Position numbers and translations under genes: made by a program. Shown here in pieces: positions 13,601-28,349 of a stretch of DNA of 64,000 nucleotides (the first letter of the stretch is position 1; each line of letters starts with the position of its first letter). The DNA is from the human T2T-CHM13v2.0 reference genome, Homo sapiens. The notes beneath the pieces were generated by a model. The model was not told where the DNA came from. It was given only the letters and a program-made list of their open reading frames with translations, and searched no databases. The stretch lies in NCBI RefSeq assembly GCF_009914755.1, contig NC_060925.1; one strand, 5' to 3'.

Positions 13601-15086
13601 GGGCTGCTCTGAGAGGAGTTGTTGAGAGTCTCGGGGTCTCCAGCATTTGAAGGGACCTTGCATGGCTGGGCACCACCACACCCATCGTCCCACCCTCTTC
13701 TCAGGCCAGCAAGACCTCCATTTGCCCCTTGGCTGCAGTTCTTGATTTCTTCCTTGTGGGAAGTGGCCTCTTCCTCCACCTTCTCAGCAATCGGCCTCAC
13801 CGACGCCCTGACCTCAGTTCTGCTCCACACCCAAGACCAGGGGTGTCCTTCCTCCCACATTCCCTCTGGACTCTGAGCTCAATCTGGACCTTTTTGAGGG
13901 CTTCTCTCCAAGCAAAACCCAGGCAGCTGACCCCTGCCTGCTCCACTTAGCCCCCAGCACTGGAAGCTTCTGAGGCTCCTCCCCAGAGCACCTGAAGGAC
14001 TGAGTGCAGAGACTGAGGCGGAAAACCTCTCCGGCTCAACTCAGTGGTGACTCTTGGTAGAATTTGTGGGAATCCCATGTCCTTCAAAGACTGTACCCGC
14101 AGGAAGGGATGCTGCGCTCGGGTCTGAGGGTGTGTCTCCTAACCTTCCTCCTCCCTGAGAAAGCACAGACAGACAGTGAGGGCTCCAAGCCAGCACGTTG
14201 TCGAAGTGGTGGCAGCTCCACCAAAAGAGAAGACCTGGGTGTTCAAAGAAGCCTGAAGTTCAGGCAGAGGCATAGACCTGTCTTGCTGAGCACAGAGCAC
14301 CAGGCCCCCGCCTCCCTGAAGGACCCACACAGCCTGGCAGGCTCTGTGCAGCTGTCGGCCTTGTTGAGCCCTGGCTGTTACCAGGCATGGTTGTCAAGTG
14401 CAGACTCATATCCTGGGTCATCGGGGAGTGAGTAGACCGGCTTTTGTTCCCAGGAAAGCCACTCCACACAGAGCCTGAAGTGTAGTCAGGAGGGGCGTCG
14501 TCCCTAAACTCTGCCAGCTCAGAAGGACAGTGACTAGGGATGGGGGAGGTTCAAGGTCAAAGCCTGACCCACCCTTGGGGCTGGAGAGCTGGGAGCTGGA
14601 ACCCAGGCTAAGCAAGATGCTCACAACTGCCCAAGTCCTGGCATGCAGAATTCACACCTGTGCACACACACATCAACAGCTACAGAAACAGACGTCCACG
14701 TCCACTACATACATGTGTACCCCCCCCACACACACACACACATATACATTTTGCACACACGGTTCTCATGCATACAGCTCTTTAGTACGTGGCTGCATGC
14801 CCACCCTCCCATCCTGGATGGAGGCTCCATGGGTCCCGCTGCCACCCCCTCCCTCCACTAGGGTATCAGTGCCCTTCTGGAAGAATCTGTGTAAAGGTCT
14901 GGGTGTCCCTTCCACCTGATGTTGTGTTTGTGAGTGGTAAAGCAGTGTACCTGTCTTGTGAAACTGTGTATGTGAACACATGTTGTGTGTAGAAGCGTGT
15001 GTGTGTGCACATGTGCTTACATGTATCAGTTACAATACATGGAAGGATATGTGTAAATAGGGAGGAATTTAAAAGAGCCCATGATA

Positions 15087-15400
<314 letters not shown>

Positions 15401-15544
15401 GCCCACGATAGCTGGGATTGCATCCTCACCACTGCCCTCTACTGCAGACATGCACATGTGCCAGGGCCTCCGCCGCTCTGACTGGCTCAGTGCTCCCTGC
15501 ACACACAGAGCATCCGGCAGCACTGCAGGAAGGAACAAGCCTGG

Positions 15545-15760
15545 CCTGCAGAGTCAGACAAAACTGAATTCACAGTCCCTTCTGCCACTTGCTGGCTGTG
15601 TGACCTGGGGCGCCCTGCTCACCCTCTCTGAGTCTCAGCTCCCTCATCTATAAGGAAAGCATAATATTAATAATACCTCCCTCACAGGCATGCTGGGAAA
15701 ATTAAATAAGATTATGAACATGAGACTCCAGGCCCTGGGGAGCTCAAGAAACATTAATTA
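15545..15760 (+). mobile_element. MIR
   Basis: ctgccacttgctggctgtgtgacctggggc...ctctctgagtctcagctccctcatctataa. Confidence 0.8.
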
Positions 15761-15794
15761 CCACTCATTCTCTCCCTTCCACTCCACCCTGTGC

Positions 15795-16400
15795 CTTTCA
15801 TTCATGCAATTGATAAATATTTATCAAGTGCTGTGTGTGGCACTGGGGGTACAGAGTCCCTGTAGTCATCCTCATGCAGCTTGTTGTCTAGTGGGGGAGA
15901 CAGACAGTAAACAAGTAAACAACAGTAGATCATATAATGAGCATGATCAGAGCTATGAAGAAGGTGATGTAGTCCTTCATCTACTGTGGTCACCTCTGAC
16001 AGTGCCATCCCTGAGCAGGTATCTGCAGGGTAAGAGCGAACTGTTTGAAGATGGGAGAGAGAGCATTCCAGGCAGAAAAAAACAGCAGGAAGAAATGTCT
16101 GGAGGCAAAAAAAAAAAAAAAAAAAAAGTTTGTTGTTTTCCAGTAAAAGCAAAAAGGCAAGTACACCTGGGGTATGGAGAAGCATGCAGGAGTGGTGGGA
16201 GGGGAAGCGTGGGTAGACTGGCAGTCAAGGCCAGATCAAATCGGGATGGTTTCAACTGTGTGTATGCAGTGGGAGGGGTGACCGAATCAGATCTGCATGT
16301 TTTAGGATTTCTCCAGCTGCTGTGTGAAGAAGGAACCACAGGTGAGAACAGGGGAAGCAGGTGGACCAGCCAGGGATCGATTGTCCCAGGGAGAGACAGA
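15795..16400 (-). mobile_element. L2 fragment
   Basis: Starts ttcattcatgcaattgataaatatttatcaagtgct... (antisense L2 3' end). Confidence 0.75.
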
Positions 16401-16834
16401 GAAGGCTTTAAAGACTCACCCTGCTCAGCCCTGCGCTCAATGCCTTCCCTGCCCTCCACCCATCCTTAGGCTCCTCTCTCAGGATGTCTTTCTTCTCTGA
16501 TGACTCCTGACTATAGCATCCATTTTCCAACTCTTGGAGCCCGTTTTCAAGGGCCTCCTTCCCAGAAACCCGTCCCAGGTCCCCATCTCCGCACATCCAC
16601 AGCTTGCTTCCTGGTTTAAAGGACAAACCGAGACCATCCTATCCAGGAATCAAGAAAAAAATATGGCATCTGATTCTCCTTTATGTATCTCCCCACCAGA
16701 TAGAGCATATAGTAGGTGTTCAATAAATGCTTGCATTCAATGTGGTACCTGTTCCTTTCTGCCTAGCATTCCGTACCCTTCCCTGCTCTTGTTTCTCCAC
16801 CTCCCACCTCACCAAGCAATGCTTCATTTTTGTT

Positions 16835-17045
16835 AAACATTATTAAGTACCTGCCATGCACTAGGTCCCTGCAAGTGCATGCTCTCATTTCTCCTTCCTG
16901 ACTATCCCATGAGGCAGGGGCTATTATAACCCCACTTTACAGATGAGGACACTGAGGTGAAGAGAGGTTGGCAGAGCCAGCCAATAGTGAAAGTACTAGA
17001 CAAGAATGAATTATACCTGACCCAAAGTCAAAGTTCTGTCTGCTC
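16835..17045 (-). mobile_element. MIR
   Basis: ccactttacagatgaggacactgagg core. Confidence 0.75.
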
Positions 17046-18195
17046 TATTGGGAGGTGCAGGAGAGGGGGGGGTCTTAATTTTTCTTTTCAATAAGCAAAC
17101 AGGGAAATATATCTTGCAAGTTACTTACACAGGCCAGCCTGCCTGGGGATGTCCCTGTCTTGCACTCTCTAGGAGAGTGTGTAGACCAGACCCTGCCTGC
17201 TGACTTGGCCCTGGTGTCATATCAATCTTGGCATCCTGCACCTTCTTCCCCAACTCCACTCCAGGGACCTAGCTTGAGGGGGGCTTACTCACCATCAGGA
17301 ACTGCAGGAAGTGGAGATCAGGTTGAAGCCACAGACTCATGCTGACACCCATCCACAGCCTCCAGGCCCAGGCCTCTCTCTGAGGCAGCACAGAGTGGGG
17401 ATCCCTGAGGCCACCATCACCAAGTTACTCATTCCTGATCAGGCATAAAATTTCCTTCTTGTTTTCAAATGAGCCCAGGCCAGAGTCTCCAGTCAGGGGG
17501 TTCTTCTGCCTCCCATCCAGTGGCACAGCTCTGTCTTTGCACAAGCTCACCTCTCAGCCCACACACCCTTTCCCACTGCAATGCAAGGGTCAGGATCCCC
17601 TGAAAATACTTCTGAGCGCTCACTCGGGGTTGCCTAAATCATGAGCTAGCTGGGGCCAGGGGCATCCAAATTCAGCTTCCCAAGAGACAAGAGGGATTCC
17701 AACCTCTCATGGGCCACAAATTCCCCCAAGTATGGGACAGCTAACCTTATAGACAATTCCTAAAAACAGCACACACCCAAGCAGCTTGCATGTCCCTTCA
17801 CTGATGAGGTGACTCACACACTTGACCTGTAAGGAGGAAGAGCAAGAGAGAGGGAGGACTCGCCTCTGGAACAGACTCGGGATGGATGTCAGGCAGAATA
17901 TCATGGCCCCAGCACACCCCTCCATGGACATAAGGGAGAATGGGAGACCTGTGGCACCTCGTCCTGCTGACCCTTAGTCAGCTTTCCCTTCCCCTAATAA
18001 AGCCCCGATTCACTCTTACCATGTGACATTGTGGAATTCATCCCAGGCCCTGGTGGGTAACAGGTGGCACCCACCGAGAACCATCTTGCTTGTTACCCAC
18101 TTCTCTATCACCCCTCTTCTTCTGATTAAGACCCAAATATCCCCTCCTCTGGGACCTCCCCCAGGTGTAGTTACTTGCTCCCTCCCCTCTGTTCC

Positions 18196-18732
18196 TGTGA
18201 TAGTTAACTTTATGTGTCAACTTGACTGGGCTAAAGGATGCCCAGATAGCTGGGAAAACATTATTTCTGGATGTGTTTGTGAAGGTGTTCAGGAAAATAT
18301 TAGCATTGGAATCAGGAGACTAAATAAAACAGATCAACCCTCACCAATGTGGGTGGGCCTCATCCAATTCATTGAGGTCCCCGAAAGAAGAAATAGACAG
18401 AGAAGAGGCAAATTCTCTCTCCTTGAGCTGGGATATTCCCCTGCCATAAGATATCAGAGCTCCTAATTTTAAGGCTTTCACACTCTGGGACTTACACCAG
18501 GGTTCACCCCCACTATCCCACATCCCTTTCCTCAGGCCTTCAGACTCAGACTGAATTACACCATCAGTTTTCCTGGGTCTGCAGCTTACAGGTGGCAGAT
18601 TGTGGGGCTTTTCAGCCTTCATAATTGCATGAGCCAATTCTCATAATAAATTTTATACACACACACAAACACACACACACACCTTTTTTTTTTTTTTTGG
18701 TTCTATTTCTCTGGTGAACCTTGACTAATACA
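18196..18732 (+). mobile_element. MLT2 (ERVL) solo LTR
   Basis: tgtgatagttaactttatgtgtcaacttgactgggctaa ... ttctctggtgaaccttgactaataca, TG...CA ends, internal AATAAA and (CA)n. Confidence 0.92.
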
Positions 18733-19066
18733 GCTTTCAAATTAATTCATTCAATCACCAAACATTGGTTGGGCACCTCAGTGTCAGGCCTCATGCTTCG
18801 TCCTAGGACAGAATGACAGATAAGGCATAGTTCCTGTCCTTGTAAAGTCTAGCACCTTCTATTACCACCTCTCTCCCTCTTTTGCAATACCACTTGTTTC
18901 TGTATCTAGCTGTCCACTAGACTGCCAGTTCCTCCCAAGCCAGTACAGTGGCTTGTGAATGATATCATCCCAGTATCTAGCACTGAACTCTGCACTTGAA
19001 GTTGTCTGAATAATAGAAAAGCAAGCCTTGCAAAATAATGATGGTTCCATTAATTCAGTCAGCCCA

Positions 19067-19362
<296 letters not shown>

Positions 19363-19506
19363 TCAGTTAGCCCATAGTTACAGGTTGTGCAAAAGGCTAT
19401 GTTTCACACTTTCCCATCCCTTGTGTTCCTTTCCCATAGTACATCTTGCTACTTAGTCAAAGAGAGCATGCCCAAGGGTAGGGAGTGTGAATATAAAACT
19501 CGGGCA

Positions 19507-19795
19507 GGCTGGGTATGGTGACTCACACCTGTAATCCCAGCACTTTGGGAGGCCGAGGTGGGCGGATCACGAGGTCAGGAGATTGAGACCATCCTGGCCA
19601 ACATGGTGAAATCCCGTCTCTACTAAAAATACAAAAATTAGCCGGGTGTGGTAGTGTGTGCCAATAGTCCCAGCTACTCAGGAGGCTGAGGCAGGAGAAT
19701 CGCTTGAACCGGGGAGGCAGAGATTGCACCACTACACTCCAGCCTGGGTGACAGAGTGAGACTCTGTCTCAAAAAAAAAAAAAAAAAAAAAAAAA
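19507..19795 (+). mobile_element. AluS (Sc/Sg-like) with a small right-arm deletion
   Basis: Full Alu lacking the gttgcagtgagccg segment (gaggcag|agattgcacc); long A tail. Confidence 0.9.
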
Positions 19796-20640
19796 TACTG
19801 AGCAGCTCTGGCAGCCAAACAGGCAGAAATAGGAGGGAGCATTTGTGTGCTGTGATGCCTCATGCCTGTGGTCTCCATGGTTCTCTTGGTGCCTCCATCA
19901 CATTAGAAACATCTGTTTGCCTGACAACAGCCAACACTCTTTGCCCTAGATCTTCAAACTCTTCTTTAAATCTCAACCCATTACAGTAATAGTCTGGAGA
20001 GGGGAAAGCCATGAAATGGGAGTTTCTTTTCTCTCTGACAGGCCTAGGGGATAAAGAGGCCGCAAATATCCCTTTAGGTTAATTCAGAAATGTGAAAACT
20101 TCATATTTTCATTTCCAAATAAGTAGTCACTACATTACCATAGTAACATTTGCTGCCCTATTTTAGATTAGAAATTATTATAAAAGAAAGCATCAAGACA
20201 CATTCATTGTTAAATTGTATATAATCTTAAAGGGAAAAAGGTCTTTCTCTAAGTATGACACAAAACCAGAAGCCAAAACACTGACAAATTTAAGTGCATA
20301 AATATGTAGAATCTCTCTATGCAAAAAATAAAATAAAGATACCACAGAGTGTAAACACAGGTCCAAACTGCAAAAAAGATTTGCCATGCTACTACAGATT
20401 AAAGAGCCAGTGTCTTTTATATGCAAAGAGTTCTTATAAATCAGTAAGAAAAATAGAAACAATGCCATAGAAAACAAGCAAGGTGCATAAACAGATAGTT
20501 TTCAGGAGAAGAGATACAGACAACTGGGAAACATGAAAAGATGCTTAGTTTCAGTTATAATTAAAGGAACGCAATAATGAGCTACTTTTCTGATTTCCAT
20601 CAGATTCGCAAGTTTTTAAAAAGTTGTTGGGAAAGGATGG

Positions 20641-20835
20641 AGCAGTGGTTCCTTGACCAGCACATCAGCATCACCGGAGAACTTGTTAGAAATTCAAATA
20701 CTCAGATCTCATCCCAAATCTACTCTACTGCAGACCTATTTGATCACAGATTCACTGAATCAGAAACTCCTGGGCCAAGCAATCTGTATTTTAACAAGAT
20801 CTCCAGGTGATTCTGATGTACTCGAAAATGTAGCG
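20641..20835. mobile_element. MER5A
   Basis: cagtggtt...agcatcaccggagaacttgttagaaat...gaatcagaaactc...aatctgtattttaacaagatctccaggtgattctgatg. Confidence 0.85.
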
Positions 20836-20958
20836 TTACAAAGAACTTTCAAATACTATTGGCAGTGTTTAAATTAATGCAAATTGGCAAGTTTATCAAA
20901 TGCATATATCCTTTGAGGCAACAAATCCATTCTATAGACATCTGCCCTCATGTTGAAA

Positions 20959-20959
<1 letters not shown>

Positions 20960-21008
<49 letters not shown>
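20960..21008 (+). repeat. (CA)~24 microsatellite
   Basis: Pure CA run. Confidence 0.97.
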
Positions 21009-21011
<3 letters not shown>

Positions 21012-21082
21012 TATTTTGTTGTGATATTGTTTGGGGTAGCCCAAAACTAGAAAAAGCCTAAATAATAAAGAACTGATTGACT

Positions 21083-21378
<296 letters not shown>

Positions 21379-22469
21379 TTACAGTAACTTATGAAATATC
21401 ATGTAGCCACTAAGAGGAATGAGATAAATCTATGTACACCTACCCAGAAAGAGGTATAAGAGACATTTCTAAGAGAAAAAAGCATGTTACAGAGTAATGT
21501 ATATGATATATCTACAATGATCCCATTTTTGTGAAATATAATTTGTGTTCCATTTACATTTTCTTACATGTTTTGAAAATTTCTGAAGTAATTCAGAAGA
21601 AACTGTTGATAAGTGGGACTGGGCTCTGCAGTGGGGAGAAGGGCTTTTTTCACCATATGCTCTTCTATGCCATTCGAATTTTTGCCCTGAGCATGTATTA
21701 CTTCTATAGTAATTAAAAAGTAGTTATAACTAATTAAACTTAAAGGGAAGAGAAGGAGCAAGCAGGAGAGAGAGGCATGGCTGGAAGGGGAGAAAAATTA
21801 GGTCATTTGGGTAACTGCATCCTGAAGACTATCCAGGCCCTGCCTGAGAAACTCAGAGATCTGGTCTATACTTTATCTTCAGTCACACAGGTTGCTCTAG
21901 TAAAGAAAACTTAAAAACTATTTCACTGAACTGGTGACTTTCAAAATAAATTACTTATTTAACTAAGAAAAAACCTCACATCCATTAAACAAGGCAACCC
22001 CTAAGCCACTTGATTTTCCTTCCTGTGGGTTCAGCCCACTCAGTTGAATGTGCTGTGGATGTTAGCCATTGAGTTTCTTTTGGTTCCAAAAAAAGTGTGA
22101 ACAAGTGTTATCTATTAAATATTACATGTGAGTGTGAACGCCAGTGTGGACGTATCCCATATTTGCAGATCAGAGATCATGAAGACAGTGTTTGTGCATG
22201 AGAACAGACACAGTCTTTCACAGAGCTATGTGAACATGGTCTGTGCTGGGGTTACAGGCCTGACATATCATGATTTTTCATTAACGGCACTTGTTAGAGA
22301 AACTTCCTTGGGATAGGAGCCTGGACTCCTCTCTGCATCATTCGCTTGTCAATTCCCATGATGCCTTTAATAAAATTATCCAGTTCAGCCTTTATTACCA
22401 TTTTTTGTCCAGCCAATCCCCAAATGAGTTTGCTTAAACAATAAATTATGAAAACTCCGATCCATCTAT

Positions 22470-22950
22470 TATTCAATCATCCTTCCATCTACCAACCATG
22501 GGTCTTTCCTCTTGTACATTCATCTGTCTATATGTCTACTCATCCCATGAATCTACTTGCTGTCCATTCCATCATTTGTTTCATTCAGCCATCTCATTTC
22601 ATGGCTATAATCTCTATCAAGCCAATCCTGCCATCCATGCATTCACCCTTCCACTCATCTTTCCATTTACTCATCCATTCCATCCATTGATCCCATCTAG
22701 CCCATCTATTCTTCCACTTTACCCACTCATCAATCAAACACATCCTTCCATCCTAGTCATCCATGCATTTATCCATCCCCCCATCTAATACCCCATCCAC
22801 TTATTCATTGATCCCAAATACCCATCAATGCTCTCTAGCAATCCATCCCATCCACCTATCCATTCTTCCATCACCCACTATCTCTATCCATCCCATCCAT
22901 CCGTCCACCCATCCATTCAGCAATTGCACCTCTTCATCCCACCCCATAGC
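22470..22950 (+). repeat. Degenerate (CCAT)n / (TCCA)n low-complexity tract
   Basis: Repeated catccatc motifs. Confidence 0.85.
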
Positions 22951-23449
22951 CTAGACTTACTTATCTCTCTGGAGGCAAAGAGACTGCGGCAAGCAAGGCC
23001 CAGTGAGTATAAGAAAAAAAAAAAGTGACTGAAACCTTATTACTTTTTCAACAAGGCCCACTAAGCTCTTTTCACCAGAACATCTTTGAGCACTCTTAAC
23101 AGCAAGTCTTTTTCCACACTTATATCCCTTCTCTTCCTCTCATGCCCAGATTCCCCCGCTGGTCTCTGACCAGCTGGGACTTCTAGCTACCAGTAAGAGT
23201 AAACACATCAGGCTCAAAACTACCCTGTAACCTCCAGTGTCCATTCTGGGCCCAGCTAACTATGCTCCCTTCCCTCCTTCACCCTTCTGCCTTTGAACTC
23301 TAGCCTGGGGTGAAGCCCTAGCCATGACACCAGCGCTCCTGGCCCAGTGTATAGCCTGTTCCAGCCTGGCCCAACCTGGCCCAACCTGGCTAAAGCAACT
23401 CACAATCCAGTGCTTCGACTGAAGACTGTGCTTTCCAATTGGGAAGGCA

Positions 23450-23670
23450 AGGAACCTAACATGTAATAGACACCTAATACAAGACAGGGACTTGTCAAGT
23501 GCTTTCTATTTGACACCTAATTTCATCTTCCCTGCAATTCTCTGAGTTAGGTAAAGGGGCTCAGAGGAGAAACTGCGTTCACAGAGGTTAAGTAATTTGT
23601 CTAAAATCACACAGCTGCTGAGAAGCAGTATCAGAATTCAAACCCCAGTCTGACTCTAAAGCTTCAGCCT
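23450..23670 (-). mobile_element. MIR
   Basis: cagaggttaagtaatttgtctaaaatcacacagct...gaattcaaaccccagtctgactc. Confidence 0.75.
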
Positions 23671-24089
23671 TGCCACTCCAACAAGCTGCTATTAAGAGGA
23701 CAATTTCCAAGCTAAACCAAGTAGGGGAAACCAGAATGATAAGCAAGAAAACATCCCATTTTCTGAACTGATTCTCTAACCAAGAAAACACAATCATGTG
23801 AATCATAAGTTGTAGTATTTACTAAGTGGTAAGTCTATGTCAGGTGCTGGCTAAACAAGCTTTCTATTTATTTAAAAGAAAGTGAAGTCCCTTTTATGAT
23901 CCTTCTGGGGGGTCCCTCCACATACTATGGTTAAGCAGGTCCCAGATCAAGGTTTTAAGGGTTTGAGGTATGTACATTGTACTTTGGAACTGTACGATTT
24001 CCTCCAGGAGAGGGATTTGAATGACAGATGTTTACCTTGATCACAAGCTTGTCACTAAGGTAAGGAATCTCATATGTTTGCAAATATGT

Positions 24090-24250
24090 AGAAGTTCAAA
24101 TCCTGCTACACCACTTGCTGTGTTACTGCAGCCAACCTCCTTCACCTCCCTGAGCCTCTGTTTTCTCCATCTGTAAAACGGAGGTGGTAAGAGTAACCAT
24201 ATCTACAGGACTGTCAAGAGACTTCAATTAAGATTTTGATGTAACAGCTT
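24090..24250 (+). mobile_element. MIR
   Basis: ttcaaatcctgctacaccacttgctgtg...tgagcctctgttttctccatctgtaaaa. Confidence 0.75.
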
Positions 24251-24269
24251 AACTTCTCTCTTACGGTTG

Positions 24270-24790
24270 GCCACTTATTTCATTTTCACTTTTTCCCTCT
24301 TTTGTAAGTAATGCTATGCATCTTCTACATAAATGGTTGACTACATGTCTGATTATTTCTTTAGGGTAAATTCTTTGAAATGAAATATCGAGTCCAAATA
24401 TATGAATATTTTAAAGGCTGTTGATAATATAGTGCCAAGTTGCTTTCCAGCAAGTTTGTAACAATTTACACCCCTACAGGCAGTTTATTGAAGTGCCCAT
24501 CACACTGCACCCTTGCCAGCATATACTCCTTTTTTTGAAACAATTTTTATATATTTTTACATACACATTCATATATAACCTTGCATGAATGCATAAATAT
24601 GATCTTCTTGTGTATCATATTGGGATTTCAGTGAAATTTTATTTTTATTTTTCCTTTTCATATTCGACTTCCTCTCCGTCACCCCCCATCCTCACCTAAC
24701 CCCATGACCCACTAACCAACGCTCACTCCTAGGCAACCCATATTGAAGTCTAGTTTTTATTTTCCCAAATCTCTATGTTTTCTTATAAAA
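24270..24790 (-). mobile_element. Old L1 (L1ME-like) fragment
   Basis: Antisense L1 3' motifs (gccaagttgctttccagcaagtttgtaacaatttacac). Confidence 0.6.
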
Positions 24791-24801
24791 CCACATGCAT
24801 A

Positions 24802-25323
24802 CTACTACCATTTGAATGTCTGTCCCATCCAAAACTTGTGCTGAAACTTAATCCCCAAAGTGGCAGTATTGAGAGGCAGGGCCTTTAAAAGGTGAGGGCC
24901 TCTGCTCTCAGGGGTGATTAATCCATTCATAGATTAACGGGGTAATGGGTTAATGGATTAATGGGTTATCATGGGAGTGGAAGTGGTGGCTTTGTAAGAA
25001 GAAGAAGAGAGACCTCCTGGACTGGCACACTCAGCCCCCCTCACCATGTGATGCCCTGTGCCACCATGGGACTCTGCAGAGAGTCCCCACTAGCAAGAAG
25101 GCCCTCACCAGATGCAGCCCCTCGACCTTGGACTTCTCAGCCTCCAGAATTGTAAGAGATAAATTCCTTTTCTTTATAAATTATCCGTCTTCAGGTAATT
25201 TTGTTCTTTAGAATTTTGTGGTTATTCTATTATAAGCAACAGAAAGTTTGTGGCAATTTTGTTATAGGCTTCAGATTTTTGTGGTAATTATGTTATAAGC
25301 TACAGAAAGCAGACAGAGTCACA
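24802..25323 (+). mobile_element. MSTB-like MaLR solo LTR
   Basis: gaaacttaatccccaaagtggcagtattgagagg...ggactctgcagagagtccccactagcaagaaggccctcaccagatgc. Confidence 0.88.
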
Positions 25324-26964
25324 AACATAAACTGACATACCCACATATACACATTTACATATACAGTAGGGGTTTGCCATTGTTTGTTTCCTTAAAATAG
25401 TACCACATTATACAAACTTCTCAGCATCTTTCTTTTCTCTCAGTAATAATGATGTTTCCATTAAGTGAAGGAATAATGTCTACAGAGTACTTAGCACAGC
25501 GGCTGGAGCACTGAGTACATCTTATTCATTGTTGTTGTTGTTATAAATTAAAAAGACAAACTGGCATCCCTCCTAAAGCTGTGAGATTCATGGGTAAAGT
25601 GGCTCCCCTGTCCTGCCAGTCTTGTGTGGGAAGGAACAGGCAAAGGCAATGTTTTACTAGAGTTGTGCATGTCATTTCCATGGTCCCTAAATCATTCTTC
25701 ATATTAACTAATGGCCTACTATTTGCCAGGGACCATCCATGGTCCAGAGGTAGGATAATAAGCAAAGCCAGGCAAAGTCCCTGACCTCCTGAAGCTTCCA
25801 GTCTAGACAGCAAGCTTGATAATAATAAATTAATGGCTTTGATCAATGTATCATGATCAACTGAGATAAGTTATCCAAGGGCAAGACACACAATTCTATG
25901 AGAATGATTTAGACTGTGGGGGCAGGGGGCCTTCTCTGAGGAAGTGAAACTTGAGCCATGGTTAATGCAGTGAAAGGGGAAGATAATACTCCAGACAGAG
26001 GAATCGGCATATGCAAAAAAAAAAAAAACAAACAAACAAACAAAAAAAAAACCCAGCGGCAGAAGAAAGCATGGCCCTCTGTGAGCTTGAAGGGGACAGC
26101 AGGCTGAAATTCTGGCTCTCCGAGCAAAGGCACCGCCACTTGCAAGCAAGGCCTGGCAAATGTCTAGAGAACACCTGCAGCCTCACCAAGAGCTTCAAGG
26201 CAAGTGTTCTCCCAATGCCTCGGATCCCACTGTGTTTAGCAGGTCCCATCACCTTGGCAACCACGAGGGAGTACCAGGCCAGGCCTAGGTAAATGCATCA
26301 TGTATATCATCTCACTGCATTGTTACAAAGGTTTTGTGAATGAGGCACTACTGTTCCTGTTTTAGAGATGGAGAACTGAGGCCTAAAGAGATTACTATGC
26401 CCCTTACACAGGCTAGTACCAAGCAGGGACAGGATTTAAGCCTGGGTCTCTCCCAATCTCCAATCTATGCCTCTGAAAATATAGAACAGAGAACAACACT
26501 TTTCTCTGAGGTCCTAAGCAAAGATTTCATACCCTCCTCCCAGGGTGACTTATAAGTTTTTCACGTGGGGCTGGGATTTGAACCCAGCTGGGCTAGCTCC
26601 AGAGACCAGGCTCATAATCACTTCCCACTGAACAGCCTTTCCCCTCCTCTACAACCTGTCCCCCTCCAGCCTCACTTCCTGCAGCCCCAGCCACCACACA
26701 CACACAAGGAACACTCGAACACACAGAACTTCTCATTTCCTCTTGTGAATATAGGGCCTTTTGAGGTTTGGAGGCTCTTCCTGGGATACGTCCCACTCCT
26801 TTCCTCCCCTGAAAACTACCTGCTCCACCTTTTAAGTCCCATCTCAAATGTCACATCACCCAACAGTGAACCTACCCATACCCCCCACCCACCCCCATAC
26901 ACTGGAGTTATTAACTCCATCTACTGGGTTTTCATGTCTTGGTTCTCCCTCTGTATTCATTCAT

Positions 26965-27725
26965 TCAACATCCCATAAATATTCATCAAGCCCCTACTAT
27001 GTGGAAGACACTGTTCTAGGAGTTGGGCATACCACAGAGAACAAGATAGACAAGCTCCTTGATCTCATGGGATTTGCTTGAGAAGTCAGTAAATGTTTCA
27101 AAATGCATATATCCTATGTTGGGTGGTTCTAAGAACTATGAAGGAAGCCAGAGCAGGGTAAGCGAAGGAAGGGATTACTGTGGATGAGGGGGTTGAGGAA
27201 ACCTCTCCAAGGAGGTGACGTTGGAACAAGAATTTATTGAAGTGATGGCTGGGCCTTGTGGCTACCCAGGGGATGGAGAGCCCCAAATCTATTTGCATGC
27301 ATGCCCCAACACCCAGTGTGTCTGAGGAACAGCAGAGAAGCCACTGGCCGGAGCAGAGTAAGCAGGAGCAAGTCTTAGGGGGATGAGGTCAGGAAGAAAA
27401 TGAGGGGTGAGCACATGGAAAGACCTTGACTTATTTCTGAATGATGCCAGGGGAATGAATGATCTGCCTAACCATGTTCAAAGCTCTCCAGCTGCCAGGT
27501 TGGAGGAAAATGGAAATAGGCGAGAATGCAAGGAGGGAAACCAGGGAAGGGTCCAGGCAAAAGAAGAAGATGGCTCGGACCCTTGGGTGTGATGTGGGTG
27601 GCACCAGGGGCTGGGATCCTGGATTTATTTTGAAGGTGGAGCCAACAGGATTTGCTCATGGCTTGATGTGGGGAGAGAAGGAAAGGGAGAAAGAGGTATC
27701 AAGGGTGACCACCAGGTTTCTGGGC
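26965..27725 (-). mobile_element. L2a fragment
   Basis: attcattcattcaaca...ttttgaaggtggagccaacaggatttgct. Confidence 0.8.
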
Positions 27726-28349
27726 ACCACGTTGCACGGTGACTGCTCTGATGTGCCTCCCTCATAGAAATGTGAGCTCCTTAAGGCAGGGATGCTGTCT
27801 TCCCTCTTTGTGACACTGTACAGGGCCCACCCCATACATGTTTGCTGCATGTGTGAGTCATGAAGTGTCCCTAAGCAGCTTCTCTGAGCCATTCTTTTGC
27901 TGCCACGGCCTTTGGGGAAGAGATGGGTCATCCTGTCCTGGCGGCCCCCTCAGTCTCCAAATAGGTTATCTTTACACATCTAATAACTACGAGCAAATGG
28001 GGGTACACTCATCCAGAGATGAACGGTCTGCAGGATCAAATCAGACAACTTGTCCTTGGAGCCAAGGCCCAAGATCGGCTCTTCTCTGCCCCCTCAGTCT
28101 CCTTTCAGAAGCCACCTGGTGCCCCAGGAGACGCAAGTCCTGAAATTCAGCTGCAAGCACCTTACAAGCCCAGCGGAATTGGCCTTTGCAAAACCCTGGT
28201 GATCCCGTCACCATCTCTGTTCAAGGCAGGCAGAAGGCTGTCTCCTTTATAGAGATGAGAAAACGAAGGCCTGGAAAGTGGCAGGGGGTGATGGAAGAAG
28301 AGAATGGCCCCCTCTCTCCATCTTCTTGCATGAAATTGTATCAGGAATG

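Noticed and set aside
15690-16469. 259-aa plus-strand ORF
   Set aside because: It spans a MIR and an antisense L2 and includes a poly-A-derived Lys run; no recognisable domain.
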